DNA of 64,000 nucleotides from Myxococcales bacterium (GCA_012744445.1 JAAYBZ010000097.1:4457-68456), one strand, 5' to 3'. Counted from the stretch's first letter, positions 1 through 10,812 are shown. Notes: generated by a model from the letters alone, not told the origin. Translations and numbers: made by a program.

Positions 1-204
1 GAGTGGCTCAAGCAGGAGGAGGCCAAGTTCAACCTCCGCTACGAGAAGGAGCTCATGAACCCGAAGGAGGCGCTCAGCCTCGGGTCCATCTCCGAGATCG
101 TCCAACCCGAGCAGCTCCGCGCGTCGCTCGCGCGTAGCCTCCAGTTCTATCTTCGCCACTACGTCCCCGGTCCCATGACGGGCGTGCAGAGGGAATTCCA
201 CTGA
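1..204 (+). CDS. acyl-CoA carboxylase carboxyltransferase (beta) subunit, C-terminal fragment (5' end outside window)
   Basis: Frame +1 is open from the window edge to TGA 202-204. The translation EWLKQEEAKFNLRYEKELMNPKEALSLGSISEIVQPEQLR... resembles C-termini of propionyl/methylcrotonyl-CoA carboxyltransferase-family proteins. The stop overlaps the ATG at 204 of the downstream biotin carboxylase (TGATG). Confidence 0.6.
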   Translation, partial: EWLKQEEAKFNLRYEKELMNPKEALSLGSISEIVQPEQLRASLARSLQFYLRHYVPGPMTGVQREFH

Positions 205-3017
205 TGTTGCGTCGCCAAGAGCTTGGTCCGATGAAGAATCCGCTCGTCCATTCCGATCGGCGACTCGGCCGCTCCTCGTCCGATTGGGTGAGCTCCTTCT
301 CCTGCGAGGACATGGGCGTCCTGATCGTCTGCCGCGGTCCCATCCGCAAGGAGGCGATCGACGTCTTCCGCGAGATGGGGATCTCGCGCATCGGCATCCT
401 CCTCTCCGAGAAGGACAGCATCGTCTATCCGCGCGCCCTCGCTCCGGAGATCCGCGACCTCGATCCGAGCCACGTGCACCCGGTGCCCGACTACACCGGC
501 GCGACGCGTGAAGAGCGCAAGCAGCGCATCGCGCAGATGATCGAGATCTGCCGCAAGAACGACTACGGCTACATCTTCGCCGGCTACGGCTTCATGGCCG
601 AGGACGAGGAGTTCGTCCGCAGCATCGAGGAGAGCGGGCTCAAGTTCATCGGCCCGTGCAGCTACACGGTGCACGCGGCGGGCTTCAAGGACGAGGCCAA
701 GCGCACCGCGCTCGAGAACGACGTCTCCGTCACGCCGGGCGTCAACGACGTCACCGTGCGCACGCTGATGCACAAGGCCGGCGACGAGGCGGGGCTCCGC
801 GCCATCGCCGACCAGCACGGCATCCAGGCCGCGGCCCTCGGCGACGCGTCCAAGTCCTTCGCCGAGAAGGCCGAGGCCGTGCTCCTCGGGAGCTACGAGA
901 AGCAGGTCGACCTCTTCACGATCGACGAGCTCGGCGAGCAGGTCGAGCGCGAGGTCGCGAAGATGCTCGCCGACTATCCCGGCAGCCGCGTGCGCCTCAA
1001 GGCCATCGGCGGCGGCGGCGGCAAGGGTCAGCGCATCCTGGGCGAGGCCAAGCTCGCCAAGTCGCTCGTCCGCGAGATCCTCAACGAGGTCAAGGCCACG
1101 GGCGTCGGCGACAACAAGAACGTCCTCATCGAGCTCAACATCGAGCAGACGCGCCACAACGAGATCCAGCTCGTGGGCAACGGCACCTGGTGCGTGAGCC
1201 TCGGCGGCCGCGACTGCTCGCTGCAGATGCACGAGCAGAAGCTCCTCGAGGTCTCGGTCACCCAGGAGATGCTCCGCAAGGAGATCGAGGCGTCCCGCGC
1301 GGCGGGCCTCACCACGCGTCAGAAGGCGCTCGAGGAGGACCTCGCCACGCTCATCCGCATGGAGGCCGAGGCCGAGCGCTTCGGCACCGCGGTGAAGCTC
1401 GACAACGTCAGCACCTTCGAGTGCATCGTGAGCGGTCCGCGCCACTTCTTCATGGAGGTGAACACGCGGATCCAGGTCGAGCACCGCGTCAGCGAGCTCT
1501 GCTACGCGCTCCGCTTCCGCAACCCGGAGAACCCGAGCGACTACTTCGACGTCGAGTCGCTCGTCGAGGTGATGGCGCTCCTCGCCCGCCACGGGCAGCG
1601 CCTGCCGCGCCCCGAGCGCATCCTCCGTGAGGGCGCCGCCGTCGAGGCGCGCCTCAACGCGACCAACCGCGCGCTCCGTCCGCATGCCGGCGGCGAGATC
1701 ATGAGCTGGTCGGATCCGATCCCCTGCGAGATCCGCGACGACCAGGGCATCAGCCGCAAGAACCCCGACACCGGGCTCTTCATGCGCTACCGCCTCGCGG
1801 GCGCGTACGACTCCAACATCGCGCTCCTCGTCACCACGGGCCGCGACCGCAAGCACAGCTACGAGAACCTCGCCGAGATCCTCCGCTGCACCGAGCTCCG
1901 CGGGCCGGATCTGGCGACGAACCTCGAGTTCCACTTCGGCCTCGTCCACTTCTTCCTCGGACAGGACGTGATGGCGAAGCCCACGACGGCGTTCGTGGTG
2001 CCCTACCTCACGCTCGTCGGGCTCCTCAAGGACGAAGCCAACCGCATCGACCTCGAGTACGCCTACGAGGCGATCCAGAAGCACGCGCTGAAGGGGCTCG
2101 ACCCGGCCGCGCAGAAGGCGGCGCGCGACATCTTCGAGCTCAAGCGTACGCTCATCACGCGCCCGCTCGAGAAGCTCTTCGCGGAGCCGCACTTCCTCAG
2201 CGCCTGGCTCAGCTTCTTCCGGCGTGACGTGGAGATCGTCGATGGACGCGTCCGGTTCCTGAAGAACCCGGTGCAGATCCTCGCCGAGACCTACCACCTC
2301 CTCCGCATGGAGCAGCGTCCCGGCGCGCCGGCGGCGCTCGCGATCTGGGATCACGACGCCGAGGTCCTCGACCAGGCGCTCGCGTTCTACGCGAAGCTCG
2401 CGAGCCGCGACGCGGGCCGTCCGTACTACGAGCTCGCCAAGGAGCTCGAGAGCGAGTCGCCGAAGCTCGGCTTCGACGCGGCGACCTGGGCGAAGGTGCG
2501 AGCGGCCCACCAGGGCTTCCAGCTCGGCCTCGAGCTCCTCGGCGTGCTGCCGGTCATCGGCCAGCGCGCGGGCTTCTTCGAGCTCCGCGTCGAGGACGAC
2601 CTCACCTGCACCATCCCGGAGCGCCTCCGCGATCCGGAGCTCCAGGCGCGCATGGTGAAGGTGCTCGTGCCGCCTCCCGTCATGAAGGACGACGAGATCG
2701 TCGCCGAGACGGGCGGCATGTTCTACGCGCAGGAGAGCCCGGGCTCGCCCCCGCTCGCGCCGGTCGGACATCACTTCGAGAAGGGCGATCCGCTCTACGT
2801 CCTCGAGGTCATGAAGATGTTCAACAAGGTGCTCGCGCCGTTCTCCGGCACCATCGACGAGGTCTGCGTCACCGGCGGCGACGGCGTGATCGTCTCGAAG
2901 GGGCAGGTCCTCTTCAAGGTCACGCCCGACGAGAAGACGGTGATCGAGGATCCGGCCGTCGTGGCGGCCCGGGTCCGCGAGAGCACCGAGTCGGTCCTGG
3001 CCCACATCCTCGGCTGA
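204..3017 (+). CDS. biotin carboxylase fused to biotin carboxyl carrier domain (acyl-CoA carboxylase alpha-type subunit, atypically long, 937 aa)
   Basis: It has the ATP-grasp glycine loop 'KAIGGGGGKGQRI' and the biotin carboxylase signature 'MEVNTRIQVEHRVSE'. The C-terminal biotinyl-lysine motif is 'LEVMKMFNKV'. It is translationally coupled to the upstream carboxyltransferase. Confidence 0.85.
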   Translation: MLRRQELGPMKNPLVHSDRRLGRSSSDWVSSFSCEDMGVLIVCRGPIRKEAIDVFREMGISRIGILLSEKDSIVYPRALAPEIRDLDPSHVHPVPDYTGATREERKQRIAQMIEICRKNDYGYIFAGYGFMAEDEEFVRSIEESGLKFIGPCSYTVHAAGFKDEAKRTALENDVSVTPGVNDVTVRTLMHKAGDEAGLRAIADQHGIQAAALGDASKSFAEKAEAVLLGSYEKQVDLFTIDELGEQVEREVAKMLADYPGSRVRLKAIGGGGGKGQRILGEAKLAKSLVREILNEVKATGVGDNKNVLIELNIEQTRHNEIQLVGNGTWCVSLGGRDCSLQMHEQKLLEVSVTQEMLRKEIEASRAAGLTTRQKALEEDLATLIRMEAEAERFGTAVKLDNVSTFECIVSGPRHFFMEVNTRIQVEHRVSELCYALRFRNPENPSDYFDVESLVEVMALLARHGQRLPRPERILREGAAVEARLNATNRALRPHAGGEIMSWSDPIPCEIRDDQGISRKNPDTGLFMRYRLAGAYDSNIALLVTTGRDRKHSYENLAEILRCTELRGPDLATNLEFHFGLVHFFLGQDVMAKPTTAFVVPYLTLVGLLKDEANRIDLEYAYEAIQKHALKGLDPAAQKAARDIFELKRTLITRPLEKLFAEPHFLSAWLSFFRRDVEIVDGRVRFLKNPVQILAETYHLLRMEQRPGAPAALAIWDHDAEVLDQALAFYAKLASRDAGRPYYELAKELESESPKLGFDAATWAKVRAAHQGFQLGLELLGVLPVIGQRAGFFELRVEDDLTCTIPERLRDPELQARMVKVLVPPPVMKDDEIVAETGGMFYAQESPGSPPLAPVGHHFEKGDPLYVLEVMKMFNKVLAPFSGTIDEVCVTGGDGVIVSKGQVLFKVTPDEKTVIEDPAVVAARVRESTESVLAHILG

Positions 3018-3034
3018 GCTCGAGGCGACGCCGG

Positions 3035-4804
3035 ATGCGACTTCGGCGCGACGCCGAGAACGAGGCCATCCGCGCAGGCGAGCGCGCCCCTTCTCCGGAA
3101 GCGGGCGCGTTCGCGCGTTCGTGGCCCGCGATCGTCGCGGCGGCCTTCGGCGTCGGCTGGTTCTACGCGCTGGGTTACGGTCCCACGCTCGATCCCCGGA
3201 ACGTCGACTGGATGTTCACGGGCGATTGGGCCGTCTACGCGCTCGGCTTCCTCTTCTCGCGGAACGCGGATTGGGGCTTCCCCGTCGGCGTGATCCCGGA
3301 CTGGCCCTACCCGGAGGGCACGAGCACGGGCTTCACCGACGCGAACCCGCTCCTCTCGGCCCTCTTCAAGCTCGTCTCGCCCTGGCTCCCGGAGGACTTC
3401 CAGTTCGCGGGGATCTGGTTCCTCCTCGCCTTCGTGCTGCAGGGGATCTTCGGCGCGAAGATCGCGGCGCTCCACACCGACGATCCCGTGCGACGCGCGC
3501 TCGGCGGGATCTTCTTCGTCGTGACGCCGCTCCTTCCGTTCCGGGCGATCCACGTCGCGCTCTCGGGGATCTTCTTCGTCACGGCGGCCCTCTACCTCGC
3601 GCTCCGTCGCCTCGAGCGGGCGAGCGAGCGGCGCCCCGCGATCGCGCTCGCCTTCGTGCTCCTCGCGAGCGCGGCGGGGACACACGGCTACCTCTCGGCG
3701 ATGACGCTCGTCCTGGTGACGGCGTTCTTCGTGCAGCTCCGCCTCGACGGCTGGATCTCGCGCGGCGGCGCCGCTGGCCTCGTCGTGGGCGGCGTGCTCG
3801 TCACGCTCGCCGTCTACGTCACCTTCGGCCTCGTCGGATGGCGGGACATGGAGCTCGGCGCCGAAGGGTTCGGCGACTTCTCGGCCGACCTCCTCGCGCT
3901 CGTGAACCCGATGTGGGGCACCTCGCGCTTCCTCCCCGAGCTCGCGCGCAACCACCGGCAGTACGAGGGTTACGCCTACCTCGGCCTCGGCGTGATCGCG
4001 CTCCTCACGATCGCCGTGGTCGGGCGACGCGCGCGCCCCGTCTTCGCGCCGCGGCGGCGGGCGCTCGCCCTCGCGCTCGTGGCCATGAGCGTCTACGCCC
4101 TCTCCGATCGCGTGACGATCGCCGGGCAGGAGCTCTTCGACTTCGGGCCGCTCTACGCCGGGCTCGGCGAGCTCACCTCGATCTTCCGTTCGTCGGGGCG
4201 CTTCCTCTGGCCCCTCCACCTCGCGCTCGTGGCGTTCGCGGTGGGCTTCGCGGGGAGGATCGAGCGCCGCAGGCTTGGGCGTGCCCTCCTCGCGCTCGCG
4301 CTCGCGCTCCAGATCGCCGACGTCGCGCATCCGATCGGGGGGATGTTCGCCGTCGGCCGCCTCGAGCGGCTGACCCACCCGGCCTGGGGCTCGCTCGGGC
4401 GCGAGTACGCGCACCTCTCGCTCCACCCACGGCAGCTCAAATGGGTCTGCCCCCGCTTCGACGAGGCGCTCGTGCACGCGCTCTCCTACGAGGCCTATCG
4501 GCGGCGCGTTACCTTCGACGGGGGCCACGTCATGCGGACGCCGCGAGGCATCGAGGAGACGTGCGACGGGCCCTTGACCGAGGCGCGCTTCGACGACGCC
4601 ACCGTCTACGTGCTCGGGCGGGCCTCGCAGACCAAGTCCACGCCCTTCACGCGGCTCGGCGCGCGCTGCGGCGTGATCGACGGGCTGCGCGTCTGCGTCT
4701 CCCCCAAGCGGCCCTCGGCCATGCTCGACGCGATCCTGGGGCGCGATCAGCGTCTGCGGCGCGAAGGGAACTCGTCCGGTGGGGGATCGAATCCCCCCGG
4801 ATGA
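3035..4804 (+). CDS. polytopic integral membrane protein (DUF6311-like / GT-C-like fold suspected), function unknown
   Basis: The 589-aa ORF has many hydrophobic segments. The N-terminal pattern '[28 protein letters not shown]...[16 protein letters not shown]...[20 protein letters not shown]' matches my recollection of DUF6311 membrane proteins, which I have not verified. The start codon is uncertain. Confidence 0.55.
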   Translation: MRLRRDAENEAIRAGERAPSPEAGAFARSWPAIVAAAFGVGWFYALGYGPTLDPRNVDWMFTGDWAVYALGFLFSRNADWGFPVGVIPDWPYPEGTSTGFTDANPLLSALFKLVSPWLPEDFQFAGIWFLLAFVLQGIFGAKIAALHTDDPVRRALGGIFFVVTPLLPFRAIHVALSGIFFVTAALYLALRRLERASERRPAIALAFVLLASAAGTHGYLSAMTLVLVTAFFVQLRLDGWISRGGAAGLVVGGVLVTLAVYVTFGLVGWRDMELGAEGFGDFSADLLALVNPMWGTSRFLPELARNHRQYEGYAYLGLGVIALLTIAVVGRRARPVFAPRRRALALALVAMSVYALSDRVTIAGQELFDFGPLYAGLGELTSIFRSSGRFLWPLHLALVAFAVGFAGRIERRRLGRALLALALALQIADVAHPIGGMFAVGRLERLTHPAWGSLGREYAHLSLHPRQLKWVCPRFDEALVHALSYEAYRRRVTFDGGHVMRTPRGIEETCDGPLTEARFDDATVYVLGRASQTKSTPFTRLGARCGVIDGLRVCVSPKRPSAMLDAILGRDQRLRREGNSSGGGSNPPG

Positions 4805-5016
4805 AAGGGGTGGCAGCGGAGGATCCGCCGCGCGCCGAGGTAGCCGCCCTTGAAGGGGCCGAAGCGTTCGATGCACGCCGCGGTGTAACGGCTGCACGAG
4901 GGATGGAAGCGGCAGACGTTCCCGAGCAGCGGCGAGAGCGTCACCTGGTAGAGCCGGATGAGGCCCAGGAGGAGGAGCCCGAGGCCGCGCTCGAAGAGGT
5001 GGAAGAGTGTCGCCAT
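4747..5016 (-). CDS. yidD: membrane protein insertion efficiency factor YidD
   Basis: This is the last 89 codons of the 4747..8394 minus ORF, starting at ATG 5016. The sequence '[62 protein letters not shown]' is the YidD signature. The remainder of the 1215-aa ORF is antisense to the yyaL-like gene. Confidence 0.8.
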   Translation of the reverse strand: MATLFHLFERGLGLLLLGLIRLYQVTLSPLLGNVCRFHPSCSRYTAACIERFGPFKGGYLGARRILRCHPFHPGGFDPPPDEFPSRRRR

Positions 5017-5043
5017 GCCCTGCTTCCGTGGTAGGCCGAGATC

Positions 5044-8000
5044 ATGCGCGTCGAGGACGAGGGGCACCACCGAAATCGCCTGGCCGGCGAGGCCAGTCCG
5101 TATCTCCGGCAGCACGCTTCGAACCCGGTCGATTGGTATCCCTGGGGCGAAGAGGCCTTCGACAAGGCGCGACGCGAGGACAAGCCCGTCCTGCTCTCGG
5201 TCGGCTACGCCACGTGCCATTGGTGCCACGTGATGGAGCGCGAGTCGTTCTCCGACGAGGCGCTCGCGGCCTTCATGAACGAGCACTTCGTCAGCGTGAA
5301 GGTCGATCGCGAGGAGCGCCCGGACGTCGACGAGCTCTACATGCAGGCGACGATCGCGATGCACGGCCAAGGGGGATGGCCGATGACGGTCTTCCTCACG
5401 CCGGATCGGAAGCCCTTCTTCGCCGGGACCTATTTCCCGCCGGCGCCGCGAGGCGGGATGCCGAGCTTCCGCCAGGTCCTCGAGCACATCGCCGCGGGAT
5501 GGGCGCGCGATCGTGCGCTCCTCCTCGAGGGCGCCGAGCAGCTCACGAGCGTGCTCCGACGAGGGGCGGAGCTCCCGCTCCCCGCGAGCGTCGGCCCCGA
5601 GGGGATCGCCGCGCTCGTCGCCGAGCTCGAGCACGCGTTCGACGCGACACACGGCGGCTTCGGCACGGCGCCGAAGTTCCCACCGCACGCCGTGCTCCGG
5701 CTCCTCCTGCGACTCTCGGCGAATGGCGACGAACGCGCGAGGCGCATGGCGCTCGCCACGCTGGACGGAATGGCGCGAGGCGGGATCCGGGATCACCTCG
5801 CCGGCGGCTTCTCGCGCTACTCGACCGACGAGGCGTGGCTCGTGCCGCACTTCGAGAAGATGCTCTACGACAACGCCTCGCTCGCCGCGCTCTTCCTCGA
5901 GGCGCACCAGCTCACGGGCGACGGACGCTACCGCCGCGTCGGCGCGGAGACGCTCGAATTCCTGCTCGCCGAGATGCGCGACGACTCCGGCGCCTTCGTG
6001 AGCGCCTACGACGCCGACTCGGAAGGCGAGGAGGGCAAGTACTACGTCTTCACCTACGACGAGATCCTCTCCCTCTGCGGCGAGGATGGGCCGATCGTCG
6101 CGCGCGCCTTCGGCGCCACGCCGGAGGGGAACTTCGAGGGCAAGAACGTCCTCCACCGGCCGACACCGCTCGGGGCGCTCGCCGAGGAGCTCGGCCTCGA
6201 TCGCCTCGAGCTCCTCGCCGTCGTCGAGCGCGGCAGGCGCGCGCTGCTCTCGGCGCGGTCCGAGCGCGTGCGCCCCTTCTGCGACGACAAGGTGATCGCC
6301 TCTTGGAACGCGCTCGCGATCACGGCGCTCGTGCGCGGCCACGAGGTGCTCGGTGAACCGCGCTACCTCACCGCGGCGGAAGAGGCCGCCGAGGCGCTCT
6401 TCTCGCGTCTCTTCGACGGGAAGCGTCTCCTCCGTACCTTCCGCGGCCCGTCGATCGTCGGCGTCGAAGGCGTGCTCGAGGACTACGCGCTCCTCGGCGA
6501 GGCCGCGCTCGACCTCTTCGAGGCGACGGGGCGCGGTGTCCACTTCGACCGCGCGCGTGCCCTCGCGTCGCGCATCCGCGAAGCCTTCCGTGGCGAGGAG
6601 GAGGGCGCCTACCTCACCACGTCGCGCGAGGCGGAGGCGCTCGTCGCGCGCCGCACCGACGCGAGCGACGGCGCGCTCCCGTCGGCGCAAGGCGTGGCGG
6701 CGCGCCTCTTCCTCCGGCTCGCGCATCACCTCGGCGACGACGCGCTCGAAGACGAGGCCGCGGCGATCGTGCGCGCGCACGGTCGCCCGATCACGCTGGC
6801 GCCGAGGGCGTACGCCACCGTGCTCGAGGTCGCGCACGCCCTCCTCGAGGGGCCCGTGGAGCTCGTGCTGGCGGGCGAGGACACGAGCGCCTTCGACGCG
6901 GTGCTCCGCGGATGCTTCGTCCCCCATCGCGTAATGCTCCGCGTCCGCGTCGGCGATCCGGAGCGCCCGCTCTCCGAGGGGCGCGTGCCCGAGGAGGGCG
7001 ATCCGCCGCGCCTCTACCTCTGCCGGAAGCGGGTCTGTCTCGCCCCCATCACCGATCCCTCCTCGATCCCCGAAGCGCTCCATGCCGCTTCTCGGCGCGG
7101 CTCGCGGACCCGAATCGCGCGCCGCTCGACCCCCGGCGCGGCGACACGAGCGGGAACGGAAGCCGCTCTCGAGGCCCACGGCGTCCGCGAGGGCGCGGTC
7201 CTCGGCGGCGCGGCGGGTGCGCCGATCGCGCCGCGCCTGGTCCCCGATCTCTCGCGCATCCCCGACGTGGCGACGATGACCGCCGCGGTGGAGCGCGCCG
7301 TCCGTGCGGGCCTCACGACGCTCGACCTCACGCGCGTCGTCCACCGCGACGCGCTCGAGGCGGTCGGCGAGTCGATCGCCCGGGTGATCGCGCGCGGCGA
7401 CCTCACGCGCGACGCCCTCGTCGTGATGGCGGGCCTCGGACGGCTCCCGCGCGCGGAGCTCCGGGGCCTCGAGGCGGAGTCGACGCCGATCGACGAGCTC
7501 GAGGCGCGCTCCCTCCATCCTTCGGCGATCGAGCGAGGGCTCCTCCGCGCCAAGGAGGCGCTCGGCCTCGAACACGTCGACGTCGCGCTCGTCGAGCTGC
7601 CGACCCCAGAGGTCTCGCGCGAGATGCTCGTCGCTGCGTTCAACGTGCTCGAGGCGGATCGCGCGACGGGCACGCTCGGACGGTACGGTGTCTCCCTCAT
7701 GGCCACGGGCGAGGACCTCGAGGCCTTCGCCGAGCGCTGCCTCGACGCGGCCGAAGAGGTCGGAGGCGTTGAGCACGGCTTCTCCATCCTCGCGTTGCCC
7801 GTGAACCTCGCGCAGGGGCTCGACGTCATACGCGCCCTCGACGCATGGGCGCGCCGCGCCTCGGTGACGCTCGCTTCGAACTCCCCCGTCGACGTGCGCG
7901 GCGAGGTCCCTTTCCGGCTCGTGGATCCGCGAGGCGTGCACGAGCCGTCGCGCCCGACACACGAGACCCTCGCCGCCCTCGCTCGCGAAGAGGACGAGTT

Positions 8001-8562
8001 CGAGCGAGGCCTCGGCGCGACGCTCCGCTACCCCAATGGGACGCCGCTCGGGCGGTTCTTCGACTTCGCGCGCGCGTTCGAGGCGATCGAGACGGAGCTC
8101 GACGACCCGTCGGCCTATCGGGCGGTCGAGGAGACGGTCGTCGTGGCGCCCCTCCGCGAGCGCGTCCGCGTGCTCGATCGCGCATGCGGCGGTGCGCTCG
8201 AGCCGCGGTGGCGTGCGTTCAAGGAGCGCTACGCGAAGGCGCTCGACGCCCACCTCGAAGCGCTCCGCGCGGTGATGGACGCGCGCCTCGCCGCGCGCAC
8301 AGCGCCCTATGCCGATGCGCTCGCGCCCTTCCTCCCCCTCACGGTGGCCGGGGAGTCGCTCACGCGGAAGGCGCTCCTCTTCTTGCTCTCGCATCCAGGC
8401 ATCGACTTCGCGTCGATGCCGATCGAGGACGCAGCCGAGCTCGACGCGATGACCACGCTCTTCTCGCTCCCCAAGATCCGCGACGTCGAGGGCGCCGTCG
8501 ACGCGCTCCTCGCGGTGCGCGCCTCAGCCCTTCTTCCTCGAACGAGAGGCGACGGGACGTGA
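5044..8562 (+). CDS. thioredoxin-domain protein YyaL/DUF255 (N-acylglucosamine 2-epimerase-like fold) fused to a C-terminal aldo-keto-reductase-like domain
   Basis: The N-terminus '[59 protein letters not shown]' is the canonical YyaL/COG1331 start. That family normally ends near '[16 protein letters not shown]' (about aa 680). The same frame continues about 490 aa without a stop through an AKR-like region ('[15 protein letters not shown]...', C-terminal '[19 protein letters not shown]'). Confidence 0.75.
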   Translation: MRVEDEGHHRNRLAGEASPYLRQHASNPVDWYPWGEEAFDKARREDKPVLLSVGYATCHWCHVMERESFSDEALAAFMNEHFVSVKVDREERPDVDELYMQATIAMHGQGGWPMTVFLTPDRKPFFAGTYFPPAPRGGMPSFRQVLEHIAAGWARDRALLLEGAEQLTSVLRRGAELPLPASVGPEGIAALVAELEHAFDATHGGFGTAPKFPPHAVLRLLLRLSANGDERARRMALATLDGMARGGIRDHLAGGFSRYSTDEAWLVPHFEKMLYDNASLAALFLEAHQLTGDGRYRRVGAETLEFLLAEMRDDSGAFVSAYDADSEGEEGKYYVFTYDEILSLCGEDGPIVARAFGATPEGNFEGKNVLHRPTPLGALAEELGLDRLELLAVVERGRRALLSARSERVRPFCDDKVIASWNALAITALVRGHEVLGEPRYLTAAEEAAEALFSRLFDGKRLLRTFRGPSIVGVEGVLEDYALLGEAALDLFEATGRGVHFDRARALASRIREAFRGEEEGAYLTTSREAEALVARRTDASDGALPSAQGVAARLFLRLAHHLGDDALEDEAAAIVRAHGRPITLAPRAYATVLEVAHALLEGPVELVLAGEDTSAFDAVLRGCFVPHRVMLRVRVGDPERPLSEGRVPEEGDPPRLYLCRKRVCLAPITDPSSIPEALHAASRRGSRTRIARRSTPGAATRAGTEAALEAHGVREGAVLGGAAGAPIAPRLVPDLSRIPDVATMTAAVERAVRAGLTTLDLTRVVHRDALEAVGESIARVIARGDLTRDALVVMAGLGRLPRAELRGLEAESTPIDELEARSLHPSAIERGLLRAKEALGLEHVDVALVELPTPEVSREMLVAAFNVLEADRATGTLGRYGVSLMATGEDLEAFAERCLDAAEEVGGVEHGFSILALPVNLAQGLDVIRALDAWARRASVTLASNSPVDVRGEVPFRLVDPRGVHEPSRPTHETLAALAREEDEFERGLGATLRYPNGTPLGRFFDFARAFEAIETELDDPSAYRAVEETVVVAPLRERVRVLDRACGGALEPRWRAFKERYAKALDAHLEALRAVMDARLAARTAPYADALAPFLPLTVAGESLTRKALLFLLSHPGIDFASMPIEDAAELDAMTTLFSLPKIRDVEGAVDALLAVRASALLPRTRGDGT

Positions 8563-9168
8563 CGCCTTCGCGGCACGGGGCGTGAGCACCCAGCCCTCCA
8601 CGAAGGTCATCGTCGCGTCGATGAGCTCCTCCGGCGTACGCTCGAGCGCGCCCGTGACGGCGTCGATGAGCAGCTCGCGGAATCCGCCGAGGCTCACCGA
8701 GGCCATCACGTGTCGATCGCCCTCGCGCACGACGCCGGCGCGCTGTCCTTCGGCGAGGCTCTCCACGAGGAAGAGGCGGAGGCGATCGTGGAAGTCACGG
8801 AGCTTGGCGTCGACCTCGGGATCGAGGCCTCGCGCCTCGAGGAGCGCGAGGCGGACGATGCCGGGCTCGGAGAGCGCCAGCCGGATGACGCGGCTGACGT
8901 TCGCGCGGAGCTGCGCCCGCGCGTCCTGGGACGGGTGCTCGAGATCGATGCCCTCGATGCACGCGCCGACGCGCTCGAGGAAGCCGTCGAGCAAGGCTTC
9001 GAATACGGCGCGTTTGTCACCGAAGTAGAGGTAGAACGTGCCACGCGCGACCGAGACGCGCTCGACGATGTCGTCGACGGTGGCGTACAGATATCCCTTC
9101 TCGGCGAAGACCTCGAGGGCGGCGTCGAGGATCTGTTTGCGACGCGCGGCGCGCCGATCGGTCGTCAT
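8524..9168 (-). CDS. TetR/AcrR family transcriptional regulator
   Basis: The N-terminal HTH '[51 protein letters not shown]' is a typical TetR_N domain. It is divergent from the KamA-like gene. Confidence 0.85.
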   Translation of the reverse strand: MTTDRRAARRKQILDAALEVFAEKGYLYATVDDIVERVSVARGTFYLYFGDKRAVFEALLDGFLERVGACIEGIDLEHPSQDARAQLRANVSRVIRLALSEPGIVRLALLEARGLDPEVDAKLRDFHDRLRLFLVESLAEGQRAGVVREGDRHVMASVSLGGFRELLIDAVTGALERTPEELIDATMTFVEGWVLTPRAAKASRPVASRSRKKG

Positions 9169-9380
9169 GGCGGGACTCTATCGCGACGCGCGCGGGCCGG
9201 GAATTCGTTGCAACTCGCGCGAGAATTCACTATGGGTGAGGCTCATCCGGGGACGTCCCAGCGTCCTGGCCTCGAGTGCGCGTCGCTCGGCCGGGCCGAC
9301 CCCTCGTCCCCCCTTCCAAGCTGGTGAGCCCGTCCGTGGGAAGATTCTCGCGACGGTTCGCCGCCCCTACGAGCAAGACC

Positions 9381-10724
9381 ATGTCCGAGATCCATACGGC
9401 GATCCCGTTCTCTTCGCGTCGCACCTCGCGCTTCGAGGCGCGGACGTACCGCGCGTTCACCGCCAAGCACCTCGACGAGATCCCCGAGCTCGAGCGACTC
9501 CCGCCGGCGCTGAGGGAGGAGATGCGCGTCGTCTCGAGCGTCCTCCCGTTCCGCGTGAACCGATACGTGATCGAGGAGCTCGTCGACTGGCGGCGCGCGC
9601 CCGACGACCCGCTCTTCCGGCTCGTCTTCCCTCAACGCGAGATGCTCGCGCCGGAGCACTTCGACGAGGTCGCCGCGGCGCTCGAGAGCGAGTCGAGCGA
9701 GCGCATCGCGGCCACCGTCGCGAAGGTGCGGAGCGAGCTGAACCCGCATCCGGCGGGGCAGCTCCAGTCCAACGTGCCCAGGATCGGCGGCCGGCGCGTC
9801 GAGGGGCTCCAGCACAAATATCCGGAGACCGTGCTCTTCTTTCCGAGCCAGGGGCAGGTCTGCCACAGCTACTGCACCTTCTGCTTCCGCTGGGCGCAAT
9901 TCATCGGAGACCCCGACCTCAGGATCGCTTCACGCGAGACCGCGGCGCTCACCGAGTATCTGGCCGCGCACCCCGAGGTGACGGACGTGCTCGTGACGGG
10001 AGGCGACCCGCTCGTGATGCGCACCAAGGCACTCCGCGCGCACCTCGAGCCACTCCTCGCGATCGAGAGCATCCGCACGATCCGCATCGGCACCAAATCG
10101 CTCACGTTCTGGCCGCATCGCTTCGTCACCGATCCCGACGCGGAGGATCTCCTCGCGCTCTTCCGAGCCATCGTCGCGAGCGGCAAGCACCTCGCGGTGA
10201 TGGCGCACTACAACCACCCGCGCGAGCTCGCGCCGGCGATCGCGCGGGAGGCCATCGCGCGCGTGCGCGCGACGGGCGCCCAGATCCGCGCGCAGGGCCC
10301 GCTCCTCGCGCACATCAACGACTCCGAGGAGACGTGGGCGCGCCTCTGGCAGGCGCAGGTCGAGCTCGGCATCGTGCCCTATTACATGTTCGTCGAGCGC
10401 GACACGGGCGCGCGGCGCTATTTCGAGGTGCCGCTCGTCGACGCCTACCGCATCTATCGCGGCGCGATGAAGCGCGTCTCGGGGCTGGCGCGGACGGCGC
10501 GCGGGCCGAGCATGTCGTGCCATCCCGGCAAGATCGAGATCCAGGGCGTTACCGAGGTCGGCGGCGAGAAGGTCTTCGTGCTCCGCTTCATCCAAGGGCG
10601 GAACCCCGACTGGGTGCAGCGGCCCTTCTTCGCGCGATTCGACGCGCAGGCCACCTGGCTCGATCAGCTCCGGCCTGCCTTCGGCGAGCCGCGCTTCTTC
10701 TTCGAGCGCGATCCGCTGAACTGA
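9381..10724 (+). CDS. KamA-family radical SAM protein (lysine 2,3-aminomutase-like), substrate unknown
   Basis: The radical SAM cluster motif 'CHSYCTFCFRW' is preceded by 'LQHKYPETVLFFPSQ' and followed by 'VTDVLVTGGDPLVM', which is the KamA family layout. I place the start at ATG 9381 (MSEIHTA...) rather than the GTG at 9276 used by the ORF track. Confidence 0.8.
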   Translation: MSEIHTAIPFSSRRTSRFEARTYRAFTAKHLDEIPELERLPPALREEMRVVSSVLPFRVNRYVIEELVDWRRAPDDPLFRLVFPQREMLAPEHFDEVAAALESESSERIAATVAKVRSELNPHPAGQLQSNVPRIGGRRVEGLQHKYPETVLFFPSQGQVCHSYCTFCFRWAQFIGDPDLRIASRETAALTEYLAAHPEVTDVLVTGGDPLVMRTKALRAHLEPLLAIESIRTIRIGTKSLTFWPHRFVTDPDAEDLLALFRAIVASGKHLAVMAHYNHPRELAPAIAREAIARVRATGAQIRAQGPLLAHINDSEETWARLWQAQVELGIVPYYMFVERDTGARRYFEVPLVDAYRIYRGAMKRVSGLARTARGPSMSCHPGKIEIQGVTEVGGEKVFVLRFIQGRNPDWVQRPFFARFDAQATWLDQLRPAFGEPRFFFERDPLN

Positions 10725-10793
10725 GCGTACACACGAGGCTCCTCGTCGCATCACCCGGGGGGGGTGGACACGACGAGGCGAGTCGCGATATCC

Positions 10794-10812
10794 ACTGACA
10801 CTGACGTCAGTG
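10794..10812. promoter_or_regulatory. candidate operator: ACTGAC-ACTGAC-GTCAGT hexamer array containing a perfect 14-bp palindrome CACTGACGTCAGTG
   Basis: The palindrome at 10799-10812 is centred on TGACGTCA. A further direct ACTGAC copy lies at 10794-10799. The site is 20 nt upstream of the activase ATG, within the 107-nt gap after the KamA-like gene. Confidence 0.4.

Noticed and set aside
159-3005. 948-aa minus-strand ORF antisense to the biotin carboxylase gene
   Set aside because: The translation is low-complexity and rich in Arg/Ala/Glu/Asp/Leu with no motif. The opposite strand carries a protein with clear BC and BCCP signatures. This is a typical high-GC shadow ORF.
4776-4800. tRNA T-arm-like sequence GGGGGATCGAATCCCCC
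   Set aside because: It lies inside yidD coding sequence (..GGFDPPP..). No acceptor, D or anticodon arms can be built around it.
2795-4897. 700-aa minus ORF and the 637-aa +2-frame ORF (3121..5034) over the membrane-protein gene
   Set aside because: These are Arg/Pro/Glu-rich nonsense translations. The 3035..4804 frame gives coherent transmembrane helices.
7082-7279. Short alternative-frame ORFs near the YyaL/AKR-like junction as possible evidence of a frameshifted second gene
   Set aside because: Their translations are Arg/Ser/Pro-rich with no AKR similarity. The AKR-like sequence is in the same frame as YyaL, so an in-frame fusion is the simpler reading.
5017-8394. Upstream roughly 1125 codons of the 1215-aa minus ORF 4747..8394
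   Set aside because: Only the last 89 codons (yidD) are recognisable. The rest is antisense to the well-supported yyaL-like gene.
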